This document shows positions 8,557 to 23,727 of a stretch of DNA of 64,000 nucleotides, in pieces. This stretch comes from Patescibacteria group bacterium (GTDB taxonomy: Bacteria; Patescibacteriota; Doudnabacteria; UBA920). The position numbers were made by a program, and so were the translations under genes. Every line of letters starts with the position of its first letter. Position 1 is the first letter of the stretch. The notes beneath the pieces were generated by a model. It did not search any database. It saw only the letters and a program-made list of their open reading frames with translations, and was not told where the DNA came from. The stretch lies in NCBI GenBank assembly GCA_013387205.1, contig WARV01000002.1, positions 3,341-67,340 on the forward strand. The letters are read 5' to 3'.

Positions 8557-10566
8557 ATGAATATACCAGAAAAATTTCGGCTGCCCTTTAGGGATGATAA
8601 GCCTTTTGGCGCATTAATTTTATTGTTTTTTGCCGTACCATTGCTGTTTTCTGTTATAACCTATGAAAATTTTGAAATTATTAAATACTCATTATGGCTG
8701 GGTTTTTTAGGGTTAACGCTTTTTCTATGGGTAAAAGAAAATTATTTACATAGTTCAGAAGGATCTAGCCAGCAAAAACCCGGACGTTTAATTAAGCTAA
8801 ACAAGCCTGCCTTTATACTTTTAGGGCTGTTTTTTCTTTTTGCGGTTATTAGCACGATATTTTCCGCTGACTTGCTAAACAGTTTAGTCGGTTTTTATTA
8901 TCGGTTTACCAACAGCCTTGTTTTTTACGGGTCGTGGGTTTTGCTGGTTGTTTTATTGGTTTTTATTTTAAACCGGCAAAAATTTGAGCTGCTGGCAAAG
9001 TTAGCGGTTTTTGATTCGTTATTAATATCTGTTGTCGGGATTTTCCAAAGTTTTGGCATCGGATACTATCAAGGTTCTGGTTCTGGCGGAATTATGATGA
9101 GGGCGCCCAGTCTTCTTGGCAACCCAAATTTTTCCACGTTATTTATTGTCGCAGCTTTGCCTTACGCCCTGTATTTTTTCTTAGGCAACAACAATTTAAA
9201 ATCAAAAATTTATTACGGCTGCACGATATTTTTTATAGTCTGGTCGCTGGCGATGATGTCAAGCAGGGGAGCCTGGCTGGGTTTTGCGGCTGCAATAGCA
9301 GTCTGGTTGGTAATATCTGCGGCTTACCGGTTAGGAAAAAAGTTTTGGCTGGCGCTGGTTTTACTGGGTGTTTCAGCGGTTATTACGGCAAATTTCTATT
9401 TTTTAATCAGGCCAAGCGATTCCGGGCAAGTCGTTGATTACACGGAGAGTAATGTGCAACTAAGGTTTTTTGTCTGGGACATCGCCAGACAAGGAATGCA
9501 AGTGCATCCGTGGACCGGTATAGGTTTGGGTAATTTTCATATATTATACTCACAGTTTCGAGACAAGCAACTGGCTAGCGAAGGAGTGTTTGACGATGCG
9601 CATAACTTATTTCTACAAATGGGGGCGACTGGCGGCCTGCCGATGGTTGCAAGTTTTTTAGCTTTAATTTTGGCGTCTTTTTTGCTGGGTTTGAAAAAAA
9701 TAGGCGAGGAAAAAGACGGCTTGGCTTTGGCAGGGATGTCTGGCTTATCCGCATTTGTTATAACAGCGGCTTTTACGCCGGTCAGTATCCCTTGCTACCT
9801 GCTTTTGGCCTTGATATTGGCAGGACTTGTGATGCCTTATAGTAAAGATTATTCCGTGCGTTTCCCTAAGGCCCTGGCTTTTGGAACAGGCCTTTTAGGA
9901 ATTTTTATGATTCTGGCAGGGGCTATGTTTTTCCTTTCTGAGCTGGTATTTTATTTCGGTGCAAAAGCTTATTTGCGCGGCGATTATCCCAAAGCATTAA
10001 GCTATAGCACTCTGGCCGCAAAATTAAATCCTACGGATCCGTTGTTTTATGTTTATCGCGCCGGCAGCGAGATTATGCTTAATAAAAATGATAAAATTAT
10101 AAGCGAAAGCATAAATAAAGTGGTTTCTTTGCATCCTAAAGAGAGCGGGAGGTTTGTTTCCGCTTCGAACTTGTATTTTATTTGGTACATGCATAGCCGT
10201 AATGGCGAACACCTTAATAGTGCCATCAGCGCTATGGCGGAAGCGCTTAAAAAGGATCCGTTGTATTCTGACAGGTACGGCAAAATGGCTTTGTATTATT
10301 ACCAGAAAGGTGATTTGGCTGCAGCCAGAATTTATAGTGAAATAAATTTAAAATATGACAACAAATTTTTACCCACCTGGATTTTACTCGCCAAAATTTA
10401 CCAGACGGAAGGAAAGAGAGACCAGGCAATTTATGCTTTGGAAAAAGCTTATAAGCTTCAGCCGACCTCGCCTCGCCTTAAGCTGGTATGGTATATGGCA
10501 AAACAAACACAGGACATTAAAAAGGTTCCCATAGATGTTGCTGTGGTACAAAACTCTTTAGAGTAA
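8557..10566 (+). CDS. O-antigen ligase (Wzy_C/WaaL)-like polytopic membrane protein with C-terminal TPR repeats; candidate pilin O-glycosyltransferase (TfpO/PglL-like)
   Basis: About 10-12 TM helices; SRGAWLG and HNLFLQMGATGG motifs typical of O-antigen ligase domain; TPR-like C-terminus; adjacent to pilin. Confidence 0.55.
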   Translation: MNIPEKFRLPFRDDKPFGALILLFFAVPLLFSVITYENFEIIKYSLWLGFLGLTLFLWVKENYLHSSEGSSQQKPGRLIKLNKPAFILLGLFFLFAVISTIFSADLLNSLVGFYYRFTNSLVFYGSWVLLVVLLVFILNRQKFELLAKLAVFDSLLISVVGIFQSFGIGYYQGSGSGGIMMRAPSLLGNPNFSTLFIVAALPYALYFFLGNNNLKSKIYYGCTIFFIVWSLAMMSSRGAWLGFAAAIAVWLVISAAYRLGKKFWLALVLLGVSAVITANFYFLIRPSDSGQVVDYTESNVQLRFFVWDIARQGMQVHPWTGIGLGNFHILYSQFRDKQLASEGVFDDAHNLFLQMGATGGLPMVASFLALILASFLLGLKKIGEEKDGLALAGMSGLSAFVITAAFTPVSIPCYLLLALILAGLVMPYSKDYSVRFPKALAFGTGLLGIFMILAGAMFFLSELVFYFGAKAYLRGDYPKALSYSTLAAKLNPTDPLFYVYRAGSEIMLNKNDKIISESINKVVSLHPKESGRFVSASNLYFIWYMHSRNGEHLNSAISAMAEALKKDPLYSDRYGKMALYYYQKGDLAAARIYSEINLKYDNKFLPTWILLAKIYQTEGKRDQAIYALEKAYKLQPTSPRLKLVWYMAKQTQDIKKVPIDVAVVQNSLE

Positions 10567-10576
10567 GCGGTGATTT

Positions 10577-11380
10577 ATGGAAAACATTCTCGCAATTTTT
10601 ATAATTTTCAGCTTTGGCTGCATAATTGGCAGTTTTTTAAACGTGGTCATACTTCGTTTGCCGCAGGAAAAAACATTGTCCGGGCGTTCGGCCTGCCCTT
10701 CTTGCGGCCATGTTTTGTCTCCTTTTGAATTGGTACCGTTATTCAGCTTCGTTTTTTTGCTGGGAAAGTGCAGAAATTGCAGGAAAAGAATTTCCTGGAG
10801 GTATTTTTTAATTGAACTGTTCACAGGACTTATGTTTTTGTCTGCATGGCTGATATTTGGGCATAATAATGTTTTGGAAGCCCTGTTTCTCATTAAATCC
10901 TTGTTGCTCATTTCCATATTTATTGTGGTTTTCATAATAGACTTTGAACATTACTTAATTTTGGATAAGGTGGTGTTTCCATCAATTATAATAATTACTG
11001 TTTTAAATTTTGCCATTTCCGCAATCCAGGGAAATCCGCTTAGTATAAATGCGATTTTTATAAGGGGCATTTTAGGGGCAATACTTGCCGCGCTGCCTTT
11101 TTTTGCCATTTGGTATTTTTCAAAAGGCTTATGGATGGGTTTTGGGGATGTTAAGTTGGCTTTATTGTTAGGTGCTGCGTTTGGTGGGGCCTTGGCGGCT
11201 GCCAATATAATGCTGGCAATATTTTTGGGAGGGCTGGTATCTATTTTGCTTATGGCCTTTAGGCATAAAACTTTAAATAGCAAGGTTCCTTTTGGAACAT
11301 TTTTAAGCATCGCCGGCATCGCCACTATCTTTTTCGGCGAAAGAATTTTGAATTGGTATTTAAGGCTTTTGGGTTTTTAG
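10577..11380 (+). CDS. pilD: Prepilin peptidase PilD (A24 family)
   Basis: N-terminal CPSCGH...CRNCRK zinc motif; polytopic; catalytic Asp-containing regions. Confidence 0.88.
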   Translation: MENILAIFIIFSFGCIIGSFLNVVILRLPQEKTLSGRSACPSCGHVLSPFELVPLFSFVFLLGKCRNCRKRISWRYFLIELFTGLMFLSAWLIFGHNNVLEALFLIKSLLLISIFIVVFIIDFEHYLILDKVVFPSIIIITVLNFAISAIQGNPLSINAIFIRGILGAILAALPFFAIWYFSKGLWMGFGDVKLALLLGAAFGGALAAANIMLAIFLGGLVSILLMAFRHKTLNSKVPFGTFLSIAGIATIFFGERILNWYLRLLGF

Positions 11381-11591
11381 CAAAAATAACGCGAATGACG
11401 CGTTAATCGTTATTTGTCGGCGCAGCGCGTATCGGTTAGGGTCTGGCGATAGGCGTTTCCCTTAACGCTATTACCGCTGCTGTATATCGTAATTACGCTA
11501 TGGCTGATTTCGCTCCGCCAGCTGGCGGATTTCGCATTTTCTACACTGTTGTATAAAAACCCCCTCTTGGCTATACTATATATGTAAATAT

Positions 11592-12329
11592 ATGAGGCTG
11601 ATGAAACCAAAGATAAATCAAAAAAATAGTATTTACGGTAACGGCTTCACCCTCATTGAGATGCTGGTGGTTATTTCGATTATGGGCGTGATGCTTTCGG
11701 TATTTTTAATTGACTTAAACGGGCAAAAAACCAACCGAAACTTAAAAATTGCCCAAAACGAAATGGTGACAAATGTCCGAAAAATCCAAAGTTACACCCT
11801 GTCATCCAGGGGTTTTGGAGAGGCTAAGACCGTTTTGTATTATATTTTAAAATTTGACCTGTCACATCCGACCGAATATTACATACAGGCCATGTACCAG
11901 GACAGTTCAAATACCTGGAAGCTTATAAATGTGGAGACTGTCAAGTTGCCGGTGGGTATAAGGCTGGCTGCCAGCGGCCCTATTTCCATTACCCCTCCTC
12001 CCGGCCTGACCCTGTCGTCTTTAAGTCCGGATTCCTGCGCGCTGGTGGCGTTTAAAAACCCTTTTGCAAAAACTTACATTGAAGGCATAAATTATTCGGA
12101 TAGCGGAGATGGCAACGGGGACGGAAAAGGTGATTGTGAACTTTCCGCTTTTCCGATGATTTCGCCAAATGATAACCACAAAAAAATTATAAATTTTATC
12201 ACTAACACCAATAACTATCCGGTTAGCACAGATACCATAATTGTCATAAAACTCACTGATGAAAAAAACTCTGTTGCCCCCAAAACTATAACCATAAATG
12301 GTATTTCGGGATTAGTCAGTTTTAATTAA
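11592..12329 (+). CDS. Minor pilin/pseudopilin (long leader then G|FTLIEMLVV)
   Basis: Class III signal motif with E+5 and hydrophobic helix. Confidence 0.7.
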   Translation: MRLMKPKINQKNSIYGNGFTLIEMLVVISIMGVMLSVFLIDLNGQKTNRNLKIAQNEMVTNVRKIQSYTLSSRGFGEAKTVLYYILKFDLSHPTEYYIQAMYQDSSNTWKLINVETVKLPVGIRLAASGPISITPPPGLTLSSLSPDSCALVAFKNPFAKTYIEGINYSDSGDGNGDGKGDCELSAFPMISPNDNHKKIINFITNTNNYPVSTDTIIVIKLTDEKNSVAPKTITINGISGLVSFN

Positions 12330-12336
12330 CCAAATA

Positions 12337-13068
12337 ATGCACAAACAACTCGAAAACAGAAACGAAATACAAAAATTACCGGCATTTTTTCGAAATTCGG
12401 AGAAAGGGCAAACTTTAATCGAAACCATGGCCGCTGTTTTCATTTTGGTCATGGGTATTACTGCGGCGGTCGGGTTGGCTATTTACGCGTTTTCGACTTC
12501 AACAAACGTGACAAAGCAAATTATCGCAAACGGGCTGGCCAGGGAGGGTATTGAAGCCATTAAAACAATGAGAGATACCAACTGGCTTAAGGCCGCCTTA
12601 GCCACAAATTGCTATAATTACCAATTTGGTACCAGTGACGCTTCGTGTTATCCTGCCTGGCTGACTTCCAAATATGACATAGATCCGGGCGCAGGCTTAA
12701 ATGGTACGACCTTCATTTTGCAGCCTGACCCGACAAATCCTGATTTTTGGGTTCCTGCAAAATTAGCGGTAGGCGATTATAAGTTCGGCCTGAATATGAA
12801 TACAAACGTACAATCAGCAGGCTTTAAGGGTTTTTATTACCATCCAAGCCCTGCTGTCCAAGATGGTGACTCCGCTTATTACCGGAAAATCGTACTTAAA
12901 GAAGATGCCACGCAGCCATATAATACCAATGTCGGGCCGAAGCTTATTGTTAAGTCCCAAGTCTGGTGGACTGACAAGAAATGCCCGAGAGTGAAAGATT
13001 ACGACTTGGCTAATAACACTTGCAGGCTGGAGCTGACCATGTTTTTGACCAATTGGAAGAACTATTAA
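12337..13068 (+). CDS. Minor pilin/pseudopilin (G|QTLIETMAAV)
   Basis: Prepilin motif; hydrophobic alpha1. Confidence 0.65.
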   Translation: MHKQLENRNEIQKLPAFFRNSEKGQTLIETMAAVFILVMGITAAVGLAIYAFSTSTNVTKQIIANGLAREGIEAIKTMRDTNWLKAALATNCYNYQFGTSDASCYPAWLTSKYDIDPGAGLNGTTFILQPDPTNPDFWVPAKLAVGDYKFGLNMNTNVQSAGFKGFYYHPSPAVQDGDSAYYRKIVLKEDATQPYNTNVGPKLIVKSQVWWTDKKCPRVKDYDLANNTCRLELTMFLTNWKNY

Positions 13069-13112
13069 CCGCGGATTTTCGCGGATAGCGACGCAGATTT
13101 AACGCGGAATAT

Positions 13113-14243
13113 ATGACAGACTTATTATATAAAGAAATAACTTACGATATTAGAGGAGCTTGTTTTGACGTTTGGAAAGCCTTTGCAGGAGCTTTTAAAG
13201 AGAAGGTTGTGGAAAGGGCTATGGTTATAGAATTAAAAAAAAGAAATAGGAAAGTTGAAACACAAAAAAGAATTCCGATTTTTTACGGCAATGAAAATGT
13301 CGGTTATTATATACCCGATGCCATTATTGATGATTCGGTGTTGGTGGAAATAAAAACAAAAGAATTTATAACATCCCAGGATTACGATCAGTTTTGGAAA
13401 TATTTAAAAGGTTCAGAATATAAGGTGGGTTTATTAATAAATTTTGGACCAAAAGAATTGGAGTTCAAAAGAGTGGTTTACGATAATGCCAGAGAAAAGG
13501 TGTTCGCGTCGATTCCGCGTGGTAATCCGCGTCGTTCCGCGGAACAGGGTTTTACACTAATGGAAATTATCGTGGCTACCACGATATTTGCCATTGTAAG
13601 CACAGCCATGATGGCATTGTTTAATTACACGTTGATCATAAACAGGAAAAGCGATGCTTTGCGCCAGGCGACCCAGGGGATGAGGAATACTATTGAATTC
13701 CTGACTAAAGAGATTAGGAACGGCAAAATAGATTATGGGGTGGAAAAAGGGATTAAGCCGGAAAATCCGTCTGTCGGACCTTGCGCAATACCTGTGTTTA
13801 CCGGAACGCCGCCGGCTTCTTATACTGATGTGCAGCCTACTTACGTCAGCGAAAATAACAGGCTTGGGCTTACGAATTCCGAAGGTGATAGGGAGTGTAT
13901 ATATTTGGCTTCAGGCCCCGGAGCTGGAACTTATGTGGGAGCGGCATTTAAGAGTGATGCTATAAATAATCCAAATCCTTCATTGGTATTGGAAAAACTG
14001 AATTCCACTGACCAACCTAATACCATAAAAGAAGTTTTAAACCCCAAAAATGTCAGGATTGACCAGTTGAAGTTTTTTGTCCGGCCGCTTAAAGACCCCT
14101 ATACTTCTTTGGGGGGGTATGAAAAAGTACAGCCTTTCGTGACAATGAATATCGCTTTTGTCGCTAAGCTTCCTACGGGGGAAGAGGTTCCCATTTATTA
14201 CCAGACCACGGTCTCAACTAATAAATACGACATCCCGAATTAA
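13113..14243 (+). CDS. Chimeric ORF: N-terminal GxxExxY-family domain (PD-(D/E)xK-like, ~125 aa) fused in frame to a prepilin (..AEQG|FTLMEIIVA). The pilin part may start independently at the GTG near 13497
   Basis: N-terminal part matches the GxxExxY family (IPIFY, YIPDAIIDD, LVEIKT, GLLINFG); C-terminal part has the prepilin motif and hydrophobic helix. Confidence 0.6.
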   Translation: MTDLLYKEITYDIRGACFDVWKAFAGAFKEKVVERAMVIELKKRNRKVETQKRIPIFYGNENVGYYIPDAIIDDSVLVEIKTKEFITSQDYDQFWKYLKGSEYKVGLLINFGPKELEFKRVVYDNAREKVFASIPRGNPRRSAEQGFTLMEIIVATTIFAIVSTAMMALFNYTLIINRKSDALRQATQGMRNTIEFLTKEIRNGKIDYGVEKGIKPENPSVGPCAIPVFTGTPPASYTDVQPTYVSENNRLGLTNSEGDRECIYLASGPGAGTYVGAAFKSDAINNPNPSLVLEKLNSTDQPNTIKEVLNPKNVRIDQLKFFVRPLKDPYTSLGGYEKVQPFVTMNIAFVAKLPTGEEVPIYYQTTVSTNKYDIPN

Positions 14244-14264
14244 GCAAGTTTTTAAGACCCAAAA

Positions 14265-15593
14265 ATGTTAAAAGACGCCAAAGAAAAACTTAAAAAAACC
14301 CTCTTCCAGGCAAGCAGCCAGCAAGGCGTTACTTTGCTTTTGGCAATTTTGGTTTTGTCCGCAATTTTAGCGATAAGTTTCAGCGTCGCGACCATTTTGT
14401 TCGTGGAAATTAGGACTTCCGGGGACCTTATTAGGACGGAAAATTCCTTGTATGCCGCGGAGTCCGTTGCCGAAGAAAACGTTTTTGTGGTTAAGAGAGA
14501 TATTCCGGAATGTTCAGCAACCCAAACAACTTATTGTTATACTGCCGGATCCGGAGGGTACACCTCTGCCATAGGCAATAACCAGCTTACCAGCGTAGCT
14601 TTGCCTAACAACCCTTCTATAAAAGTAAAAATTACTTCTGGATCGGTATTTTCCCAAACCGACAACACGTTCAGATTTTTTGATCCTACTGATCCCATTG
14701 GCGGAAGTGACTTTGGGAAATTTACTATCTCATACATTAATACAGGAAACGTCACCCCAACTGACAAACTTAACGTTTATGTTTGCCAGTTTGACCCTAC
14801 TTTTGGCGTGGATGATACTGGTGCCACAGCTAATACTTATAGGACCGCGGCTTGTTCTTACACTGGCGATAACCAGTCCGGTTATTGGATTCCTCCAATA
14901 GTGCAGCAGTTGGCGCCTGGGGCAACGCAGTCATGGAGTTTAGATCCGTCTAAACAGCAGCAATTATTTTTGGAAAATTTGTCAGGGAAAGACATATACG
15001 CGGAGATTGACACGTTTGCCGCTGACCAGGTAACAGCTAAAGGGCTGCCTACGTTCGGGGAAAAATATTTTAATATCGATTCGGCAAACTCCGGCCTTAA
15101 CAGAAGGTTGCAGGTCAGGATTCCTTTGTCATCAGGAAATAATAATGTCGTGACAAACCTCGCGCAAGGAAAAACAGCGACGGAAAGCAGCGTAGCCTTC
15201 GGCGCTACTGCTGACAGGGCAGTTGATGGTAATACCGACGGCAGTTGGAGCAATAATTCCGTCACTCATACCAATTTTGACGCCAATGCCTGGTGGAATG
15301 TGGATTTAGGAGCTTCGGGGACAATCAATACAATATCTATTTGGAACCGAATGGACTGCTGTTCTTCCCGTTTGGGGGATTACTGGGTTTTTGTTTCCGA
15401 TACGCCTTTTAATCCTTCTGACACTCCGGCGACATTGCAGTCAAGGGCGGGAACCTGGAGCAGCCACCAAACTTCCGCTCCAAACCCTTCCACCAACATC
15501 AGCGTAGGCGGGGCAAAGGGGCGGTATGTGCGGGTGCAGTTGTCAGGAACGGATTATCTAAGTTTGGCTGAAGTGCAAGTCTTTGGTTATTGA
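14265..15593 (+). CDS. PilX-like minor pilin with a C-terminal discoidin/F5-8 type C (lectin-like) domain; candidate pilus tip adhesin
   Basis: N-terminus QQG|VTLLLAILVL resembles PilX_N; C-terminus AVDGNTDGSW...WWNVDLG...NRMDCC..RL matches the galactose-binding-like/discoidin signature. Confidence 0.5.
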   Translation: MLKDAKEKLKKTLFQASSQQGVTLLLAILVLSAILAISFSVATILFVEIRTSGDLIRTENSLYAAESVAEENVFVVKRDIPECSATQTTYCYTAGSGGYTSAIGNNQLTSVALPNNPSIKVKITSGSVFSQTDNTFRFFDPTDPIGGSDFGKFTISYINTGNVTPTDKLNVYVCQFDPTFGVDDTGATANTYRTAACSYTGDNQSGYWIPPIVQQLAPGATQSWSLDPSKQQQLFLENLSGKDIYAEIDTFAADQVTAKGLPTFGEKYFNIDSANSGLNRRLQVRIPLSSGNNNVVTNLAQGKTATESSVAFGATADRAVDGNTDGSWSNNSVTHTNFDANAWWNVDLGASGTINTISIWNRMDCCSSRLGDYWVFVSDTPFNPSDTPATLQSRAGTWSSHQTSAPNPSTNISVGGAKGRYVRVQLSGTDYLSLAEVQVFGY

Positions 15594-15636
15594 GCGAAGA
15601 ATGCTGGTCATTTTGGGAGTTAACTTGTCAAATTAA

Positions 15637-15660
15637 AAACCCCGCTTCTCGCGGGGTTTT
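15637..15660. terminator. Bidirectional rho-independent terminator between convergent genes
   Basis: aaaaccccgc ttctc gcggggtttt. Confidence 0.75.
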
Positions 15661-15669
15661 AAGTAAAAA

Positions 15670-16071
15670 TTATTTTGGGATTTTTATTGTCTGGCCGGGT
15701 TTTAAGGTGAAAGGACTTTGCAAATTGTTTAAAGTGGCCAAAGTAGTCCAGCTTATATTGAACTTTTGGCTGACATTAAACAAAGTATCTCCTTTGGAAA
15801 CTTTGTATTCCATAAACTGGGCCTGGGGGGTTGTTGTTTCAGTCTTAACGTCGGATGCGCCGAGGACTTGGGGCACCGCGGAATTAAGCGCCTGGTTTTG
15901 CACCTGTTTGCTGCCAAATACCAGACGGACTGCGTTTAAGGTCAAGCCGAGGGCGAGGGTTAGGCATATTACCGCTCCGATTTTCAACAGTTGGTTTTGG
16001 CCGCGGTTCCTGCCAACGCCTAATTTTAGGCGGGGGCAAAGTTCGATTTTTTTTCTGAAAGAAGAAGGCAT
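15670..16071 (-). CDS. LysM-domain protein with N-terminal membrane anchor
   Basis: C-terminal YKVSKGDTLFNVSQKF...LKPGQTIKIP LysM motif. Confidence 0.65.
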   Translation of the reverse strand: MPSSFRKKIELCPRLKLGVGRNRGQNQLLKIGAVICLTLALGLTLNAVRLVFGSKQVQNQALNSAVPQVLGASDVKTETTTPQAQFMEYKVSKGDTLFNVSQKFNISWTTLATLNNLQSPFTLKPGQTIKIPK

Positions 16072-16162
16072 TATGTTTTTGATTTCTCCGTAAAAAATCT
16101 ACACCTCAATTTCCTATATTATACCACACTTCAGGTCAATTAGGTTTGTGGATAAACAAGAG

Positions 16163-16258
16163 AATTGACAAAAATGACAAAAATTAAAAGAATGACAAAA
16201 TTAATTTAAACCAGTAATTATGTCAATTTTGCTCAATTTTGTTCAATTATGTCAATAA
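16163..16258. repeat. Family-M dyad word-array repeat, copy 3, upstream of ligA
   Basis: See 836-931. Confidence 0.7.
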
Positions 16259-16285
16259 TAGTATAATTATAGTATAAGCAGGTAA

Positions 16286-18316
<2,031 letters not shown>

Positions 18317-18334
18317 AACCAGTATAAAAGAACA

Positions 18335-18363
18335 GGCCGGAAACGCAAAATGCGTTTCCGGCC
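18335..18363. terminator. Hairpin terminator between ligA and the convergent STAS gene
   Basis: ggccggaaacgc aaaa tgcgtttccggcc. Confidence 0.6.
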
Positions 18364-18390
18364 TTGTCGTTGTGCTCATGGCGCCGCCCT

Positions 18391-18735
18391 TTATGAAAAC
18401 GAGCGGATGGCTTCGTCTTCGTTTTTGAAAGTTTTGAAGACCGTAAATAGCCTTGTGGTCTGCAGCCAGTGCTCTACCCGATAGGACAGGTTAAGCAATT
18501 TGAGCTGTCCGCCCTTGTTGGAAATTGTTTTGTAAGCTGAAACCAGTTCACCCACACCAGAGCTGTCCATGTCATTGACGTTGACTAGGTTAAGAAGGAT
18601 TTGCTTGCGTCCATTGGCCAGCAAGCTATGAATCGCGTTACGAAATGTATCAAAACCTTCTCCAAGCGTAAAACGTCCTATGACATCCAGTATGCTTACG
18701 TCTTCCGACTGTCTCACGACTACTGTTAGACTCAT
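18391..18735 (-). CDS. STAS-domain protein (anti-sigma-factor antagonist SpoIIAA-like)
   Basis: ~114 aa; DSSGVGELV motif with a phosphorylatable Ser. Confidence 0.7.
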   Translation of the reverse strand: MSLTVVVRQSEDVSILDVIGRFTLGEGFDTFRNAIHSLLANGRKQILLNLVNVNDMDSSGVGELVSAYKTISNKGGQLKLLNLSYRVEHWLQTTRLFTVFKTFKNEDEAIRSFS

Positions 18736-18828
18736 TTAAGCACCTCCTTGGCATTGAACGATTGTATATTAGCAAAATATACTTAAATCGGCCAATGGTT
18801 TAATTGAAATATTTATACAAGGGGCATC

Positions 18829-18910
18829 CTTGATCAAATCAAGGATACCCCTTGGAATACCCGATAAAATCAGGCAAACGAATGGCTCAACCTACGGTTG
18901 AGCCATTCAA
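18829..18910. repeat. REP-like hairpin pair: family A (GGGGCATCC stem) followed by family B (GAATGGCTCAACC stem)
   Basis: Near-identical hairpins recur at 33822-33894, 39668-39702, 43414-43441 and 56709-56738. Confidence 0.7.
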
Positions 18911-19011
18911 AAAGGCCAAAATGTGGGTATTTTGGGGATTTCTTGTGGGTATTTAAATTTTACAATGGCTTAAATAAGCCAAAAAATATTTGTAAGGTTG
19001 GCGGCTTATCC

Positions 19012-19038
19012 TTGACAAAGTATTAGGAATCGTATAAT
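19012..19038 (+). promoter_or_regulatory. Candidate rRNA promoter (TTGACA ... TATAAT)
   Basis: Consensus hexamers ~450 nt upstream of the 23S 5' end; spacer length ambiguous (15-17). Confidence 0.3.
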
Positions 19039-19490
19039 ATTAGTGTTACAGATAATTCTTATAAAACGAAATGTTAAAAAGCTCAACACTAACCAACAAG
19101 AAGCGGTCTATGTAACTGGCAGATTTAAATTGTGCCTTACATGCCGCGAAAGCGGTTTTTTTGTTGAAAAGTGTCGAGTGGGCTGTTTAAAAATTATAAC
19201 TATATATATACTGCTCACAGGTCTCAGCGTTCCAATTTACTTTGGGAATACAGGCTCGTAGATCTCCGTTTGGGCAGTAGCTATGTGGTTGTAATAGACA
19301 GAACTTTAAAAACTGAATAATGGGTATCCAATCTCTCAATAAGTAGCGAGAGATTGGAACGTAGATTCAAACAAGTCATTAAAACATTGTATCCGAACCA
19401 GCAATTAAATTATCTCCTTAAAGGGAGGTAGTCACAAATTGCTAGTCAACAAGCCGCCAGAATTTTTTAAAAGGGAATTTTGGCGGATAG

Positions 19491-22995
<3,505 letters not shown>

Positions 22996-23201
22996 TAGTA
23001 CTTAGGAATTAGTACTTAGTAGCAATACTAAGGACTATGAACTAAGAACTTAGTACTAGCATATAGGCTGCAGGTGTAAGCATAGTAATATGTTCAGCCG
23101 AGCAGTACTAATCAATCGAAAGTTTTAACTTATTTTATCTGCCAAAATTTTCTTTTGAAAATTTTTGTTGACTAGCAATTTGTGACTTTAACATAATCCG
23201 A

Positions 23202-23276
23202 ATCTACGGATTCATCCAAATAACCCGAATATAAATTTGGGGCATTCGGATAATAATTCGGGGAATTAGGATTATA
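23202..23276. repeat. Family-P dyad repeat, copy 2, in the 23S-5S spacer, ending 4 nt before a micro-ORF ATG
   Basis: See 4873-5023. Confidence 0.75.
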
Positions 23277-23280
23277 GATT

Positions 23281-23391
23281 ATGATAAAACACAACCTAAA
23301 AATTTTAGCAGCAGTATTGGTTATCTTAGCGGTTATTGGTTTGTTTTTTGTCCTTTCAAATCCTATTTTACAGCAAGTTAAAGCAAATTAA
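23281..23391 (+). CDS. Possible 36-aa hydrophobic micro-protein in the 23S-5S spacer (MIKHNLKILAAVLVILAVIGLFFVLSNPILQQVKAN)
   Basis: ATG directly after a family-P repeat, same arrangement as pilT and the EndoQ-like gene; single TM helix; no homology evidence. Confidence 0.2.
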   Translation: MIKHNLKILAAVLVILAVIGLFFVLSNPILQQVKAN

Positions 23392-23449
23392 TGTAAATGC
23401 CCTTCAAAGCTAGCTTCTTATTAGGCTTATACCTTTTACGGAAGCTAAC

Positions 23450-23566
23450 TTTGGGTGGTATTTACGGCGGGGCTCGACCTGATCCCATCCCGAACTCAGC
23501 AGTCAAAACCGCTCGTGCCAATGATACCCTAGTGCATGCTAGTGGAAAAGTAGGTAACTGCCCATT
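23450..23566 (+). rRNA. rrf: 5S ribosomal RNA
   Basis: CCTGATCCCATCCCGAACTCAG...GTGCCAATGATAC...AGTAGGTAACTGCCCA matches the 5S consensus; terminator follows. Confidence 0.85.
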
Positions 23567-23573
23567 ATATAAA

Positions 23574-23606
23574 AGACCAATCCAAAAAGGATTGGTCTTT
23601 TTTTGT
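23574..23606 (+). terminator. Rho-independent terminator after 5S
   Basis: agaccaatcc aaaaa ggattggtct + T-run. Confidence 0.8.
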
Positions 23607-23727
23607 ATTTAAATTATTGCAATAATATCGCATATATGCTATAATATAATAAAGGTGAGTTAACTAATAACCTTAAAAGCTTTATAGCCAAAATAGCTAA
23701 AAAGCCTTTAAAGAAACAAAAACACAA

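Noticed and set aside
13735-13965. 76-aa ORF nested in another frame inside CDS 13113..14243
   Set aside because: Arg/Leu-rich low-complexity translation inside a supported gene; no independent support.
19043-19261. 72-aa ORF in the rRNA leader
   Set aside because: Sits between the rRNA promoter and the 23S 5' end; more likely leader/processing sequence.
18740-19490. Searched for a 16S rRNA gene upstream of the 23S
   Set aside because: No 16S-conserved blocks (e.g. GTGCCAGCAGCCGCGGTAA) anywhere in the window; the operon here is 23S-5S only.
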